Position numbers and translations under genes: made by a program. 64,000 nt of DNA, taken from positions 75,847 through 139,846 of the forward strand of contig CAZXLF010000005.1 in NCBI GenBank assembly GCA_964642015.1, given 5' to 3'. The notes below the pieces were generated by a model. The model searched no databases. It was given only the letters and a program-made list of their open reading frames with translations, and was not told the DNA's origin. This DNA comes from an uncultured Planctomycetia bacterium (lineage in GTDB: Bacteria; Omnitrophota; Gorgyraeia; 2-02-FULL-51-18). Positions 47,594-58,029 of this stretch are shown here, piece by piece. Each line of letters starts with the position of its first letter. The first letter of the stretch is position 1.

Positions 47594-48052
47594 TTAAAAT
47601 GGTGTATCGTCTGAACCCTTGCTTGGTTCAGGATAATCTTCAAGCTGAATATCAGGGATTTCTTCTTTGCTGGAACTTTGAGCGATCTCGACCGGCACAT
47701 CGCGATCTTTGCCCGCGCCTTGTTGGCCTCTCAAAAATTGGATGTTCACGGCGATTACTTCCAAAGCGCTTCTCTTCTGACCGTCGGGACCGTCCCATGA
47801 CCTGCTTTGAAGCCGGCCTTCCACGAACACCGGGCTGCCTTTTGTCAGATATTCCCCGCAAACCTCGGCCATGCGGCCCCAGACAATGACTTTCACAAAA
47901 CTCACTTCTTCTTTTTTTTCGCCGGTCTGCAATTTGTAAACGCGGTTCATTGCGAGCGTAAAGCTGGCAACAGCGGATCCGCTCGGCACATAACGAAGTT
48001 CCGGATCGCGCGTTAGATTTCCTATCAATAAAACTTTATTCAGACTAGCCAT
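47594..48052 (-). CDS. ssb: Single-stranded DNA-binding protein
   Basis: NKVLLIGNLTRDPELRY; DDTPF tail. Confidence 0.97.
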   Translation of the reverse strand: MASLNKVLLIGNLTRDPELRYVPSGSAVASFTLAMNRVYKLQTGEKKEEVSFVKVIVWGRMAEVCGEYLTKGSPVFVEGRLQSRSWDGPDGQKRSALEVIAVNIQFLRGQQGAGKDRDVPVEIAQSSSKEEIPDIQLEDYPEPSKGSDDTPF

Positions 48053-48063
48053 GGGTCACCCCC

Positions 48064-48354
48064 TTATAGTGCATCCTTGTTCACTAACAAATACCTAAGC
48101 AAATGATCGTTCAGTCTCAACGCCTGGTCCAGCTTTTTGGATTGCTTGGAGTCCATTTGAAAATTCACGATCACGTAATTGCCTTCCTGCTTTTTTTTAA
48201 TCTTATAAGCCAGACGCTTTTTTCCCCATTCCTGGATGCCGTCAACCCGGCCGCCATTCTTAGAGACCAGATCCTGGATCTGTGTAACGACGCCTTTCGC
48301 GTTGTCCGTAGACAGGTCGGGGTTAATGATAAATACACCTTCGTAATTCCGCAT
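48064..48354 (-). CDS. rpsF: 30S ribosomal protein S6
   Basis: MRNYE and WGKKRLAYKI. Confidence 0.96.
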   Translation of the reverse strand: MRNYEGVFIINPDLSTDNAKGVVTQIQDLVSKNGGRVDGIQEWGKKRLAYKIKKKQEGNYVIVNFQMDSKQSKKLDQALRLNDHLLRYLLVNKDAL

Positions 48355-48358
48355 TATT

Positions 48359-48943
48359 TTACTCTCCCTTTTCTTTCACTGATTGTATTCGGCTTAACTC
48401 GTTCCTCGCGGATTCAAAGCCTTCGTTGATCCATGCTTCACAAACTGAAACTGCTTGTTCCAGAATATTTCCTAACTTTTTTTTCTCATATTTATCAAAT
48501 TTCCCGAGTACGAACGACGTCAGATCTTCCGGCATGCTGTCGTTACCAACACCAATGCGCAATCTTGGAAACTCATCGGAGCCTAAATGTTCAATGATCG
48601 ATTCAAGTCCATGATGCCCACCGGCGCTTCCGTGTTCACGAAGCCGGAGTTTCGCGAATTTTAAATTAACATCGTCGCAAACCACCAAAACATTTTTGGG
48701 TTGTGCGCCGTACTTTCTCAAAAGAGCGAAAACCGCATCGCCGGTATTATTCACAAAGACTTTTGGTTTCAATAAAACCATGTCTTTATGAACTTTAATT
48801 TCGGACTGAAGATTTTTATCTTCAGTCCATCGGATCGACGGCTGCAACTGCTTGCCTAAAGTATCGAGTATTTCAAAACCTATATTATGCCTTGTTTTTT
48901 CGTAGGTTTTGCCCGGATTGCCGATCCCAACGACAAACTTCAA
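48359..48943 (-). CDS. pth: Peptidyl-tRNA hydrolase
   Basis: GIGNPG...TRHNIG, GGHHGL and RLRIGVG. Confidence 0.96.
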   Translation of the reverse strand: MKFVVGIGNPGKTYEKTRHNIGFEILDTLGKQLQPSIRWTEDKNLQSEIKVHKDMVLLKPKVFVNNTGDAVFALLRKYGAQPKNVLVVCDDVNLKFAKLRLREHGSAGGHHGLESIIEHLGSDEFPRLRIGVGNDSMPEDLTSFVLGKFDKYEKKKLGNILEQAVSVCEAWINEGFESARNELSRIQSVKEKGE

Positions 48944-48945
48944 AA

Positions 48946-49662
48946 TTATTTCTTCTCTGGTTTTGCCGCTTCTTTAGCTTTTGGTTCTTCCTTTGCCTTT
49001 TCAGCAGCAGCGCCAGGCTTACCTTCTTCTTCCTTCTTCTCACGGATCACTTCAAGCTCAGGCGTCTCCGCTGCGACTTCCTCAACCTTTTCTTCGACAT
49101 GCAGTTTGACCTGGAACAATAAAAGTTCAGGATCCGTCAAAACTTTGATCTTATCGGACAACACGACATCTTTGACGTGTATGGATTGATTGAGTTTTAA
49201 ACCCGACACATCGACATCAATATGCTTGGGAATATCCGTCGGCAAACATTGGATCTTGAGCATTCTCAGCGGATGATCCAACACACCGCCTTCCTGTTTG
49301 ACGCCGATGGGTTCGCCCTGTCCGAGCACTTCGACTTCGACGATGATCTTTTCATTCAATGAGATCTCATTGAAATCAACGTGAAGGATGCTTCGCTTCA
49401 CCGGATCATGCTGGATCTCCTTGATGATCACAGCACGCGGTTTGGCTTTCTTCTCTTTTTCGATCGTCAGATTGATCAGTATGTTCTCACCACCTGCTGA
49501 GTGCACGATCTTTGTGATCTCTTTGTCAGGCACGGTGATCGAAACCGGTTCATCTCCGCGATGATAAACGATGCCGGGCACCAATCCTTGGCCGCGCAGT
49601 TTTTTGACGGCCTGTTTTCCATGAGTGTCTCTTAATGATGCTTTTAATTTTATCTGTTCCAT
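48946..49662 (-). CDS. rplY: 50S ribosomal protein L25/general stress protein Ctc
   Basis: LRGQGLVPGIVY, HVDF and GVKQEGG. Confidence 0.95.
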   Translation of the reverse strand: MEQIKLKASLRDTHGKQAVKKLRGQGLVPGIVYHRGDEPVSITVPDKEITKIVHSAGGENILINLTIEKEKKAKPRAVIIKEIQHDPVKRSILHVDFNEISLNEKIIVEVEVLGQGEPIGVKQEGGVLDHPLRMLKIQCLPTDIPKHIDVDVSGLKLNQSIHVKDVVLSDKIKVLTDPELLLFQVKLHVEEKVEEVAAETPELEVIREKKEEEGKPGAAAEKAKEEPKAKEAAKPEKK

Positions 49663-49680
49663 TTTATTACCCTTTTCTGA

Positions 49681-50619
49681 TTAATTAAATAAACTACTCA
49701 CCGACGCTTCGTCGTGAATCCTTTTTATTGCCTCTCCCAAAAGCGGCGCAACTGAAAGCACTTTAAATACAGGATCCTTTTTCTCTGCGCTCAAAGGAAT
49801 ACTGTCAGAAATAATAAATTCCTCGATCGCGGATTTTTTGATCCGCTCAACCGCCGGACCAGATAGGATCGGATGCGACACCGCCGCATAAATTTTCAAT
49901 GCACCCGCTTTTTTAAGCGCGGAAGCTGCCTCGCACATCGAGCTCGCCGTAGCCACAAGATCATCAACGATCACAATGTTCTTGCCTTTCACATCACCGA
50001 GAATATTCATGGCCTCCGCTCGACGATCGTCAATACGCCGTTTATCGACGATCGCAAGACTTGCGTTGAGACGCTTGGAGTAAGCTCGTGCCATTTTAAT
50101 ACCGCCAACATCGGGTGATGCAACGACCAAATTTTTCATTTTCTTCTTTGCAAAATATTCGACCACCGTATTCACGGCAAACAGGTGATCCATCGGAATG
50201 TCAAAAAATCCCTGGATCTGGCTCGCATGCAGATCCATCGTCAAGATCCTGTCCGCTCCGGCTTCGACCAAAATATTGGCCACAAGTTTCGCCGTGATCG
50301 GAACGCGCGGCTGATCTTTTCTATCCTGACGCGCATAACCAAAGTACGGGATCACCGCCGTGATACGGCGCGCGGAAGCGCGGCGGATCGCATCCATCAT
50401 GATCAAAAGTTCCATCAGATTGTTGTTCGTCGGCGGACATGTCGGTTGGACAATAAAAACATCGCGCCCGCGCACATCTTCATTGATCTTCACGCGGATC
50501 TCGCCTTCGCTGAAAGTCGTCACCAGCGCATCGCCCAAAGGAACTTCAAGATACTTCGCGATCTTTTTTGCAAGTTCCGGATTCGCATTTCCGGAAAACA
50601 ATTTTAATTGTCCGTTCAC
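49681..50619 (-). CDS. prs: Ribose-phosphate pyrophosphokinase
   Basis: FSEGE, PYFGYARQDRK, DLHASQIQGFF and SPDVGG. Confidence 0.98.
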   Translation of the reverse strand: MNGQLKLFSGNANPELAKKIAKYLEVPLGDALVTTFSEGEIRVKINEDVRGRDVFIVQPTCPPTNNNLMELLIMMDAIRRASARRITAVIPYFGYARQDRKDQPRVPITAKLVANILVEAGADRILTMDLHASQIQGFFDIPMDHLFAVNTVVEYFAKKKMKNLVVASPDVGGIKMARAYSKRLNASLAIVDKRRIDDRRAEAMNILGDVKGKNIVIVDDLVATASSMCEAASALKKAGALKIYAAVSHPILSGPAVERIKKSAIEEFIISDSIPLSAEKKDPVFKVLSVAPLLGEAIKRIHDEASVSSLFN

Positions 50620-50620
50620 G

Positions 50621-51889
50621 TTATCTTTTCCTCATCAATCTTTTTGCCGGCACTCCGACAACAACCGCGTTATCAGGGACATTCTTGCCGCGTGTTACAA
50701 CAGCGCCCGCGCCGGTTTTCGCGCCTTTTCCTACAGTAACCGGAGCGACCAAAACAGTCCCGCTTCCGATATGGGCCCTGTCTTTGATCACGGTCTTATG
50801 CTTGTTCTTTCCGTCATAGTTAGCTGTGATCGTTCCGGCTCCGACATTCACGAACGATCCGATCTCCGCGTCTCCGATATAACTCAAATGCTTGATCTGA
50901 GTCTTATTACCGACCTTGGACCTTACTACTTCGACAAAATTGCCAATGACGCTATGGTCGCCGATCTTCGAACCGCCGCGGATCCTAGCAAACGGCCCGA
51001 TGATGCAATTTTTTCCGATGACCGATCGGTCTTCAATGACCGTATGCGGAAGGATCAGTGTATCATGCCCGATCTGAACACCTGCATCAATCATCGTCGT
51101 TTTAGGATCGCGGATCCGGACACCTTTTTCTATCAACTGATCCAAAAACCGCTCGCTCATTAATCCTTCCAACTTTGCCAGATCCAATCTCGTGTTAACA
51201 CCCAATACTTCCTCGCAGTCTTCAGTGATCATCGCGCACACTTTACCTTGCTCGGCGAGTATCTCGACCACATCCGTCAAATAATATTCTTTTTTCTTCG
51301 GGTTTTTTTTGACCTTTGCTAAAGCGTCGAAAAGCTTTCTGCATTCAAAAACATAGCATCCGACATTGATCTCTTGTATTTTTTTCTGTTCTTCGGTCGC
51401 GTCATTTTCCTCGATGATCCTAAGCACGCGGCCGTCTGAATCCCTATGAATCCTGCCGTAACTAAAAGGATCATCCAGCTCTACGGACAAAAGCGTGCAA
51501 TCCCACGATCCCTTATGATGCTTCTCGATCAGTCTCGCGATAGTCTTCTGAGACAAAAGCGGTGTATCACAATACATTACGAGCACTGAACCATTAAAAT
51601 TTTTAAGCGCTGCAGCTGCTTGATACACCGCATGGCCACTGCCCAAAAGATTCTTCTGATAGATCACTTGGCCGCGGCCGCCGATCGCTTTTCGTACAAG
51701 GTCGATCGCGTAACCGGCAATTACAATGATCTTTTTCGCGGCGGTACGCTCGGCTTTTTTCAACAAATGGCCTAACATCGTATCACCGCAAATGGGTTGA
51801 AGCGCTTTCGGCAGCTCCGACTTCATGCGCGTACCTTTTCCTGCGGCAAGAACGATCACCGCCAGATCAGGCAATTTGTTTATTCTCAC
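50621..51889 (-). CDS. glmU: Bifunctional UDP-GlcNAc pyrophosphorylase/GlcN-1-P acetyltransferase (short form)
   Basis: [25 protein letters not shown] and [11 protein letters not shown]; start GTG 51889 or TTG 51874. Confidence 0.93.
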   Translation of the reverse strand: MRINKLPDLAVIVLAAGKGTRMKSELPKALQPICGDTMLGHLLKKAERTAAKKIIVIAGYAIDLVRKAIGGRGQVIYQKNLLGSGHAVYQAAAALKNFNGSVLVMYCDTPLLSQKTIARLIEKHHKGSWDCTLLSVELDDPFSYGRIHRDSDGRVLRIIEENDATEEQKKIQEINVGCYVFECRKLFDALAKVKKNPKKKEYYLTDVVEILAEQGKVCAMITEDCEEVLGVNTRLDLAKLEGLMSERFLDQLIEKGVRIRDPKTTMIDAGVQIGHDTLILPHTVIEDRSVIGKNCIIGPFARIRGGSKIGDHSVIGNFVEVVRSKVGNKTQIKHLSYIGDAEIGSFVNVGAGTITANYDGKNKHKTVIKDRAHIGSGTVLVAPVTVGKGAKTGAGAVVTRGKNVPDNAVVVGVPAKRLMRKR

Positions 51890-53117
51890 CTTTTTTTTCA
51901 ATGAGCAGCGGCTGTGCGCGATCAGTGACGGTAGACGCATTGATCACGCATTCCTGGATCCCTTGCATGGAAGGAATATCGTACATCACGTTCATCATGA
52001 GATCTTCCAAAATAGCACGCAGGCCTCTAGCACCAGTCCCTTTGCGGATGGCTTCTTTCACGATCTCGTGTAAAGCGTCATCTGTAAACGTTAATTCAAT
52101 ACCTTCCATCTCAAAAAATTTTTTAAATTGTCTTACCAGCGCATTCTTCGGCTTCACAAGAATATTCAGCAAGTCCTTTTCACTCAAATGTTCCAAAACA
52201 GAGACGACCGGAAATCTGCCGATAAATTCAGGGATCAGACCAAACTTCACCAGGTCTTCAGTCTCTACTTTGGATATCACAGACCTGTCCTTCTGAACGG
52301 ATCCGATCGCGTGCGAAGAATGAAAACCGATATCCTTTTTGCCAATACGTCTTTCAATGATCTTATCAAGACTGGAAAATGTGCCTCCGCAAATGAACAA
52401 AATATTCGTCGTATCAACCTGCAGATATTCTGCCTGCGGGTGTTTGCGTCCGCCTTGAGGCGGGACACTCGCTTTAGTTCCTTCGAGTATCTTAAGAAGC
52501 GCTTGTTGAACACCCTCGCCGGAAACGTCGCGCGTGATCGAAACATTATCGGATGTCTTGCCGATCTTATCGATCTCATCGATATAAATAATGCCCATCT
52601 GAGCACGTTCGACATTAAAATTAGCATCCTGCAGCAGGCGCAGGATCACATTTTCAACGTCTTCGCCGACATATCCGGCTTGGGTTAACGTCGTGGCATC
52701 ACAGATCGCGAACGGCACTTTGAGGATCTTGGCAAGCGTCCTGGCTAAAAGCGTTTTGCCGGAACCTGTCGGGCCGATCAAAAGCACATTTGACTTTTCA
52801 AGCTCTACGTCTTTAGTATCAACGATCGCGTTAATGCGCTTGTAGTGATTGTAAACGCTGACAGAAAGCTGCTTTTTCGTTCTTTCCTGTCCAATAACGT
52901 ATTCGTCCAGAATTTTTTTGATCTCAGATGGCTTCGGAAGTTCTTTCAGAGAAAACGTCCCTTGCTTGAATCCTTCCGATTCGCGATGGATCATCTGAGA
53001 GCAGAATCTTACGCAATCCTCGCAGATGTAAACACCCGGGCCGGAAAAAAGTCTTTCATCTTTTCCGGTGACCTTTTGGCAAAACGAACACTTATGCGCG
53101 GTTATTTTCATACTCAT
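51867..53117 (-). CDS. clpX: ATP-dependent Clp protease ATP-binding subunit ClpX
   Basis: CSFC...CEDC zinc finger, [19 protein letters not shown] and IGF loop. Confidence 0.97.
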   Translation of the reverse strand: MSMKITAHKCSFCQKVTGKDERLFSGPGVYICEDCVRFCSQMIHRESEGFKQGTFSLKELPKPSEIKKILDEYVIGQERTKKQLSVSVYNHYKRINAIVDTKDVELEKSNVLLIGPTGSGKTLLARTLAKILKVPFAICDATTLTQAGYVGEDVENVILRLLQDANFNVERAQMGIIYIDEIDKIGKTSDNVSITRDVSGEGVQQALLKILEGTKASVPPQGGRKHPQAEYLQVDTTNILFICGGTFSSLDKIIERRIGKKDIGFHSSHAIGSVQKDRSVISKVETEDLVKFGLIPEFIGRFPVVSVLEHLSEKDLLNILVKPKNALVRQFKKFFEMEGIELTFTDDALHEIVKEAIRKGTGARGLRAILEDLMMNVMYDIPSMQGIQECVINASTVTDRAQPLLIEKKGENKQIA

Positions 53118-53148
53118 AATTTTTTATGCCCTCATCCATGTGGTTTAA

Positions 53149-53219
53149 CTGCCCCGCATGGATTCGAACCATGACTCTCGCCTCCAAAGGGCGGTGTGCT
53201 ACCATTACACAACAGGGCA
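53149..53219 (-). tRNA. tRNA-Gln(TTG)
   Basis: TGCCCTG/CGGGGCA acceptor stem, anticodon CT-TTG-GA, GGTTCGAATCC; usual position after ispE. Confidence 0.93.
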
Positions 53220-53226
53220 AATTCAC

Positions 53227-54120
53227 TTAAACCCTAGGAGGGACAAACCCTTTCTTTCTTGGCCGCGATGCCGTTGAAGCGACAAAAACCTGCCATCCCT
53301 TGTGTTTTCTAAAAAAACTAGCGGCAGCTAAGGCTTTTTTTTGAGAGGAAAAAATCCCAAAAACCGTGGGGCCGCTGCCTGACAAAAGAGAAGCACATGC
53401 GCCATGGCGCAAAAGTAATTTTTTTATTTCTAAAATTTCTGTAACTCTTTTATTAAGAGCACCTTCCAGACTATTAGTTAAGAGCTTTTCGAGAACCGAC
53501 GATTGCCCCTTTTGAATAGAGTGGAGCAGCATTTTAACATTGGCTTTTTTGGGTGTCAAGGAGCTTTGGTCAAGCGATTGATACGCCTTTTTTGTAGAAA
53601 TCCCGAATGACGGTTTGATCAAACAATGCCAGATCTTGATACGAGGTGCATGGATTTTTTTCAAGATCTCTCCTCGGCCGGTTCCGCGCGCAAGCGGCTC
53701 TTCCAGAAGAAAGAACGGCACATCACTCCCTAAAACACTTCCCAATTCAATAAGTTTCTTTCTTGAGAGACGGAGATTCCAGTGCTTATTCAAACCCATG
53801 AGCACCGCAGCTGCGTTGCTTGAGCCACCCCCGAGTCCCGCGGCGACCGGGATATCTTTTTGAATATGGATCACTAGGCCTTTTTCTATTTTATATTTAT
53901 CTTTAAGAAGTTTTGCGGCACGATAGGCCAGATTTTTAGGACCTTTAGGGATTATTTTGGAATTCGTGGTTATCTTAATACCTTTTTTTGCTGCTGTCAG
54001 CGTTATTTCATCTGCAAGACCGATCCGCTCAAAAAGCGTGTCAATCTCATGATAACCGTCTTGTCTTTTGAAGAGAACGTTCAGGTAAAGATTGACTTTA
54101 GCGTAGGATAATAACTTCAC
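53227..54120 (-). CDS. ispE: 4-diphosphocytidyl-2C-methyl-D-erythritol kinase
   Basis: AKVNLYL, IPVAAGLGGGSSNAA and SGSGPTVFG; GTG start at 54120. Confidence 0.96.
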   Translation of the reverse strand: MKLLSYAKVNLYLNVLFKRQDGYHEIDTLFERIGLADEITLTAAKKGIKITTNSKIIPKGPKNLAYRAAKLLKDKYKIEKGLVIHIQKDIPVAAGLGGGSSNAAAVLMGLNKHWNLRLSRKKLIELGSVLGSDVPFFLLEEPLARGTGRGEILKKIHAPRIKIWHCLIKPSFGISTKKAYQSLDQSSLTPKKANVKMLLHSIQKGQSSVLEKLLTNSLEGALNKRVTEILEIKKLLLRHGACASLLSGSGPTVFGIFSSQKKALAAASFFRKHKGWQVFVASTASRPRKKGFVPPRV

Positions 54121-54121
54121 A

Positions 54122-55195
54122 TCAAGGCGTTGCAGGTCTCGGGACCGCGGCGTCCTTATCGGAAGAAGACTCCTGAGGAAGATTAAAACCGAAAAGCTTG
54201 AAAGCCTCCTGGATGGATTGGGATTCCACGAGGCATCTCTGATAGATCTGGTCATCAGTGATCTTTTTCTGCTGATAATCCAAAAGGACCGATAATGGCA
54301 CAATCAATTTTTTCCTGTTTAGATAATCCAGAATCTCTATTTTATCGAAATCTTTAAACGCATAACTTTTCAAGACGTCGCTTGTTATTCTGAATATGTT
54401 CATAACAATTTTTTTAGGATCATCATTTTTGATCGATATTACCGAAAATCGAAAAGCCCTTTTACCAGGTTCATAATCAAAGAGTCCATCCAATAAAATA
54501 GCATTCCGCGCGATCTCATCAGGGTTGGCATCTTTTGAAAAACTAAAACGTATCCTTTGCACGATCTGATCACTGAGGAAACTTTCCAACTTCACTTCCT
54601 TCAGTACAAAAGAATTTGGATTCTGGGCATCCCGCTTATACCTACCCTGACCAAACACAGTGCGGTTGATCGATTCCTCTATGCCTATCGCGTCCGCATT
54701 GGCTCGTTTGGTATCGTCTAAGGAACGTGTGATCACTAATTCATTCTCATGCTGCTTATCGCGGATAACGACCGTGCAGAAATCTAAAGGAAGATCCGTG
54801 GACAAAGCCACACGCGTTACCGCTTGCATAACCTTGCCCATTGTCTCATGAACATCTTTGGAGACCTGTCCTTTTGCATCAACAATGGAATCAACGTAAA
54901 CAACCGCACCGACAGTCTTGCCTACAACGCGGGCTATACTATTGATGTTGTACTCTTTTCGATCGATATCTTCAATGGATTCGGGAACTTTGGTGGCTGG
55001 ATAACTGTACTTGGGGCCACAGCTGGTGAGAAAAAAGATAAGAGAAAGTAAAAAAAAGACGGCAAAAACCAGACTCTTACCGTCTGACCTCTGTCGTCCG
55101 ACCTTTAAATGAACGCTAAGCTTATTTTGGAACGTATTTTGCAGCAACTCGCGGATTCGATTTCCCATATTCCTTGAAAATCGCTTCGATCTCAT
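54122..55195 (-). CDS. Hypothetical lipoprotein
   Basis: Hydrophobic stretch ending in lipobox LTSC; true start uncertain (probably downstream of 55195). Confidence 0.7.
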   Translation of the reverse strand: MRSKRFSRNMGNRIRELLQNTFQNKLSVHLKVGRQRSDGKSLVFAVFFLLSLIFFLTSCGPKYSYPATKVPESIEDIDRKEYNINSIARVVGKTVGAVVYVDSIVDAKGQVSKDVHETMGKVMQAVTRVALSTDLPLDFCTVVIRDKQHENELVITRSLDDTKRANADAIGIEESINRTVFGQGRYKRDAQNPNSFVLKEVKLESFLSDQIVQRIRFSFSKDANPDEIARNAILLDGLFDYEPGKRAFRFSVISIKNDDPKKIVMNIFRITSDVLKSYAFKDFDKIEILDYLNRKKLIVPLSVLLDYQQKKITDDQIYQRCLVESQSIQEAFKLFGFNLPQESSSDKDAAVPRPATP

Positions 55196-56753
55196 CGTAA
55201 TCCAATTCTTCCCGATCGATCAATTCCTTCGCAAAACGCTCGAAGATCACATTCTCTTTTCTGATCAACGCTTCTACGTCTTTCAAACACGACTGAATGA
55301 TCTCATGTGTTTCCGCGTTAAGTTTGTCTTTGATACTGCCTGATAACTGTTCCGCGGGGATGCTGGAATAGTCTCCCAAAGACTCCGAACGTCCCATACC
55401 AAGACTCCATACCATCGTATGGGCTAAACGCATCGCATGTCTAAAATCACTTGAAACACCGCTGGATGTAACGCCAAATTTAACTTTTTCAGCCACATAA
55501 CCGGCGATCAGCGTTTTAATTTCAGCCAAAAACCAATCTTTATTCCGAAACATCTCATCTTCCTGCGGTAAAGAATAGGTCACACCGCCGGCCGGTCCGC
55601 GCGGAATGATCGACACCTTGAACACATCATCTTTCGGATGCATCAGATAGGTAACAAGCAAATGGCCTGTCTCATGATAAGCCGTGATGCTTTTTTCTTC
55701 CATGCTTACTTTTCTATTTTTCTTAAGGCCTAAATCCACGCGTTCCATGGCTTCGGAAAGATGGTCTGCGTTTACCTTGTCTTGTTTTCCGCGTGTCGCG
55801 ATGAGCGCCGCTTCCTTGGTAATGTTCGCAATATCAGCCGGGCTCTTACGGACGGCTTTCCTGGCAAATCTCGCGATATCCAATTTTTCATCATACTTGA
55901 TCTTGGAAAGATAATAACGGAAAAGCTCTTCTCTTTCTGAAAGATCAGGCCTATCCACATAAATCTTACGATCAAAACGGCCCGGTCTCAATAAAGCTTC
56001 ATCAAGCGAATCTTCGGAAGCGTTGGTTGCACCGATGACGATGACGTTCTCATCTTTATCCTTAAGACCGTCCATTTCGGCGAGTAATTGATTTTGGGTG
56101 GAATTGGTCTCTTCTGTTCCCCCGAAAGCACTGAACACACGTTTGCGGCCCACCGCATCGATTTCATCGATGAAAATAATGCATCCGCCGTCGGCATACG
56201 CCAAGCGCCTTGCCTTTTGGAACAATTGCCGTACGCGCGAAGCACCCACACCGACAAAGACTTCAACGAATTCGGCACCGGACATCGAAATAAAAGGTAT
56301 TCCAGCCTCGGTAGCGATGGCCTTGGCTAAATAAGTCTTTCCACAGCCAGGAGGACCCATCATTAACATTCCGCGGATAATATTGCCGCCGATCTTTTTG
56401 ATGCGGGCGCGGTCCTTGATGAGCTCGACCAATTCGCGGGCTTCCATCTTTGCACCTTCCATGCCGATCACGTCCTTCCACTGAATATTAACGCCTTCGC
56501 CTTTTACCTGGCGTTTTTTCAATTTCTGAAGGCCACCTTGCAATACCCACGAGTACAATACGACGAAAATAACAGCGCTGATCGTCGCCTGCAGTCCCAT
56601 TGTGGAAAGCCACGCCACCATGTAGGAGCGCTGATAAGAATCAATGGAACCAAGAGCCGCAATAGGGATCCAAAAAATAAAAATGGTCCATGCGATGACC
56701 GCTATTTTAACCCAATGATTCCACCAGAATAACTTTAGTTTTCTCCAGAACAC
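55122..56753 (-). CDS. ftsH: FtsH-family AAA+ zinc metalloprotease (short periplasmic loop)
   Basis: GPPGCGKT, FIDEID, ALLRPGRFDR and HETGH; two N-terminal TM helices. Confidence 0.9.
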   Translation of the reverse strand: MFWRKLKLFWWNHWVKIAVIAWTIFIFWIPIAALGSIDSYQRSYMVAWLSTMGLQATISAVIFVVLYSWVLQGGLQKLKKRQVKGEGVNIQWKDVIGMEGAKMEARELVELIKDRARIKKIGGNIIRGMLMMGPPGCGKTYLAKAIATEAGIPFISMSGAEFVEVFVGVGASRVRQLFQKARRLAYADGGCIIFIDEIDAVGRKRVFSAFGGTEETNSTQNQLLAEMDGLKDKDENVIVIGATNASEDSLDEALLRPGRFDRKIYVDRPDLSEREELFRYYLSKIKYDEKLDIARFARKAVRKSPADIANITKEAALIATRGKQDKVNADHLSEAMERVDLGLKKNRKVSMEEKSITAYHETGHLLVTYLMHPKDDVFKVSIIPRGPAGGVTYSLPQEDEMFRNKDWFLAEIKTLIAGYVAEKVKFGVTSSGVSSDFRHAMRLAHTMVWSLGMGRSESLGDYSSIPAEQLSGSIKDKLNAETHEIIQSCLKDVEALIRKENVIFERFAKELIDREELDYDEIEAIFKEYGKSNPRVAAKYVPK

Positions 56754-56879
56754 TTTTGGCCTCTTTTCCTAATGAATCAAATAAAAAGTAAATATATCTA
56801 CAGAATCTGACTGCCGGTTAACGGTTGCGCGAAAACCTCTAACCGCACAACGGCCACTATGTTAAATAACGCGGACCGC

Positions 56880-56975
56880 CTAACGATCTCTCTTCTTGTG
56901 TCTGTCACGACGGCGTCTTTTCTTTCTTTTATGGACCGCCATCTTATGACGTTTTCTTTTTCTGCCGCAAGGCAT
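56880..56975 (-). CDS. Small basic protein, bS22/AURKAIP1-COX24-like ribosomal protein (31 aa)
   Basis: Not in the ORF track. MPCGRKRKRHKMAVHKRKKRRRRDRHKKRDR*, preceded by an AAGGAG RBS. Confidence 0.85.
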   Translation of the reverse strand: MPCGRKRKRHKMAVHKRKKRRRRDRHKKRDR

Positions 56976-57050
56976 TAGCAGGATCTCCTTCTTGTTTTTC
57001 GGAAAGCGGTTCTCGCTTGGCGCGGACCGCAGACCGTTTACTGTAAATTA

Positions 57051-57941
57051 TTAATAAATAACCTTATTCAACGGGTACTCTATGATACCTTCTGCGCCCG
57101 CTTCTTTCAACTTGGGGATCAGCTCTCTTACGATCTTTTCATCGATGATCGTATCCACATCAAACCACCCTTTTGACGCAAGATTAGAAACTGTCGGTTT
57201 TTTCATAGCGGGTAAAAGCGAAATAACTCTTTGGAGATCTTTTTCGCTGACGTTCATTTTGAGGCCGACCTTGGATTCGGCGTTCAACGCGCCCTGAAGC
57301 AGCAAAGCAATATGCTCCATCTTCTGTTTTTTCTTTGTGTCGGCATAAGCTTTTTTGTTAGCAATGAACTGTGTGGTCGAATAACAAAGTGTCTCAACGA
57401 TCCTTAGGTTATTCGCGCGCAAGGATGAGCCGGTTTCAGTCAATTCGACGATCGCATCGACAAGACCTGAACCTACTTTAACCTCTGTGGCGCCCCAACT
57501 AAATTCGACATCAGCTTTAACACCTTTTTCACTCAAATATTTTTCCGTAAAACCCTTAAGCTCGGTCGCGATCCGTTTGCCTTTCAGATCCTTGACGGCC
57601 TTGATCGGAGAATCATTAGGCACCGCCAAAACCCAACGGACCGGGTTCATACCTGTTTTGGCATACACAAGCTCTTGGATCCGTACTACCTTGGAACCAT
57701 TTTCTTGTATCCAATCTTCGCCCGTAATCCCACAATCCAACGCGCCGTCTTCGACGTATCTGGACATCTCCTGCGCGCGGATCAATACAACCTCGATCTC
57801 ACTATCATCTATATAAGGAAAATAGGACCTTGAACCGACCGTGATATTGAATCCGGCCTTTTTGAACATCTTGAACGTTGACTCCTGTAAACTTCCCTTT
57901 GGAAGGCCTAATTTCAATTTAAAATTTGTAGAGACAGACAC
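57051..57941 (-). CDS. hisG: ATP phosphoribosyltransferase (long form)
   Basis: LPKGSL, RAQEM, SWGATE and ETGSSLRAN; C-terminal regulatory domain present. Confidence 0.96.
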   Translation of the reverse strand: MSVSTNFKLKLGLPKGSLQESTFKMFKKAGFNITVGSRSYFPYIDDSEIEVVLIRAQEMSRYVEDGALDCGITGEDWIQENGSKVVRIQELVYAKTGMNPVRWVLAVPNDSPIKAVKDLKGKRIATELKGFTEKYLSEKGVKADVEFSWGATEVKVGSGLVDAIVELTETGSSLRANNLRIVETLCYSTTQFIANKKAYADTKKKQKMEHIALLLQGALNAESKVGLKMNVSEKDLQRVISLLPAMKKPTVSNLASKGWFDVDTIIDEKIVRELIPKLKEAGAEGIIEYPLNKVIY

Positions 57942-57977
57942 TTAACACCTTTCACTGTATCATTTTAGATAAAGATC

Positions 57978-58000
57978 GGGGCGCACGCATCGTGCGCCCC
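57978..58000. repeat. Perfect 10-bp GC hairpin (REP-like) in the hisG leader
   Basis: GGGGCGCACG-CAT-CGTGCGCCCC. Confidence 0.55.
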
Positions 58001-58029
58001 CCTATTTAAGACTTATTTATACGTGTCAG

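Noticed and set aside
50360-51163. Long plus-strand ORFs (267 aa here; also 42185-42949, 52128-52688 and 63262-63732)
   Set aside because: They are antisense to well-conserved housekeeping genes, with no recognisable motifs or RBS.
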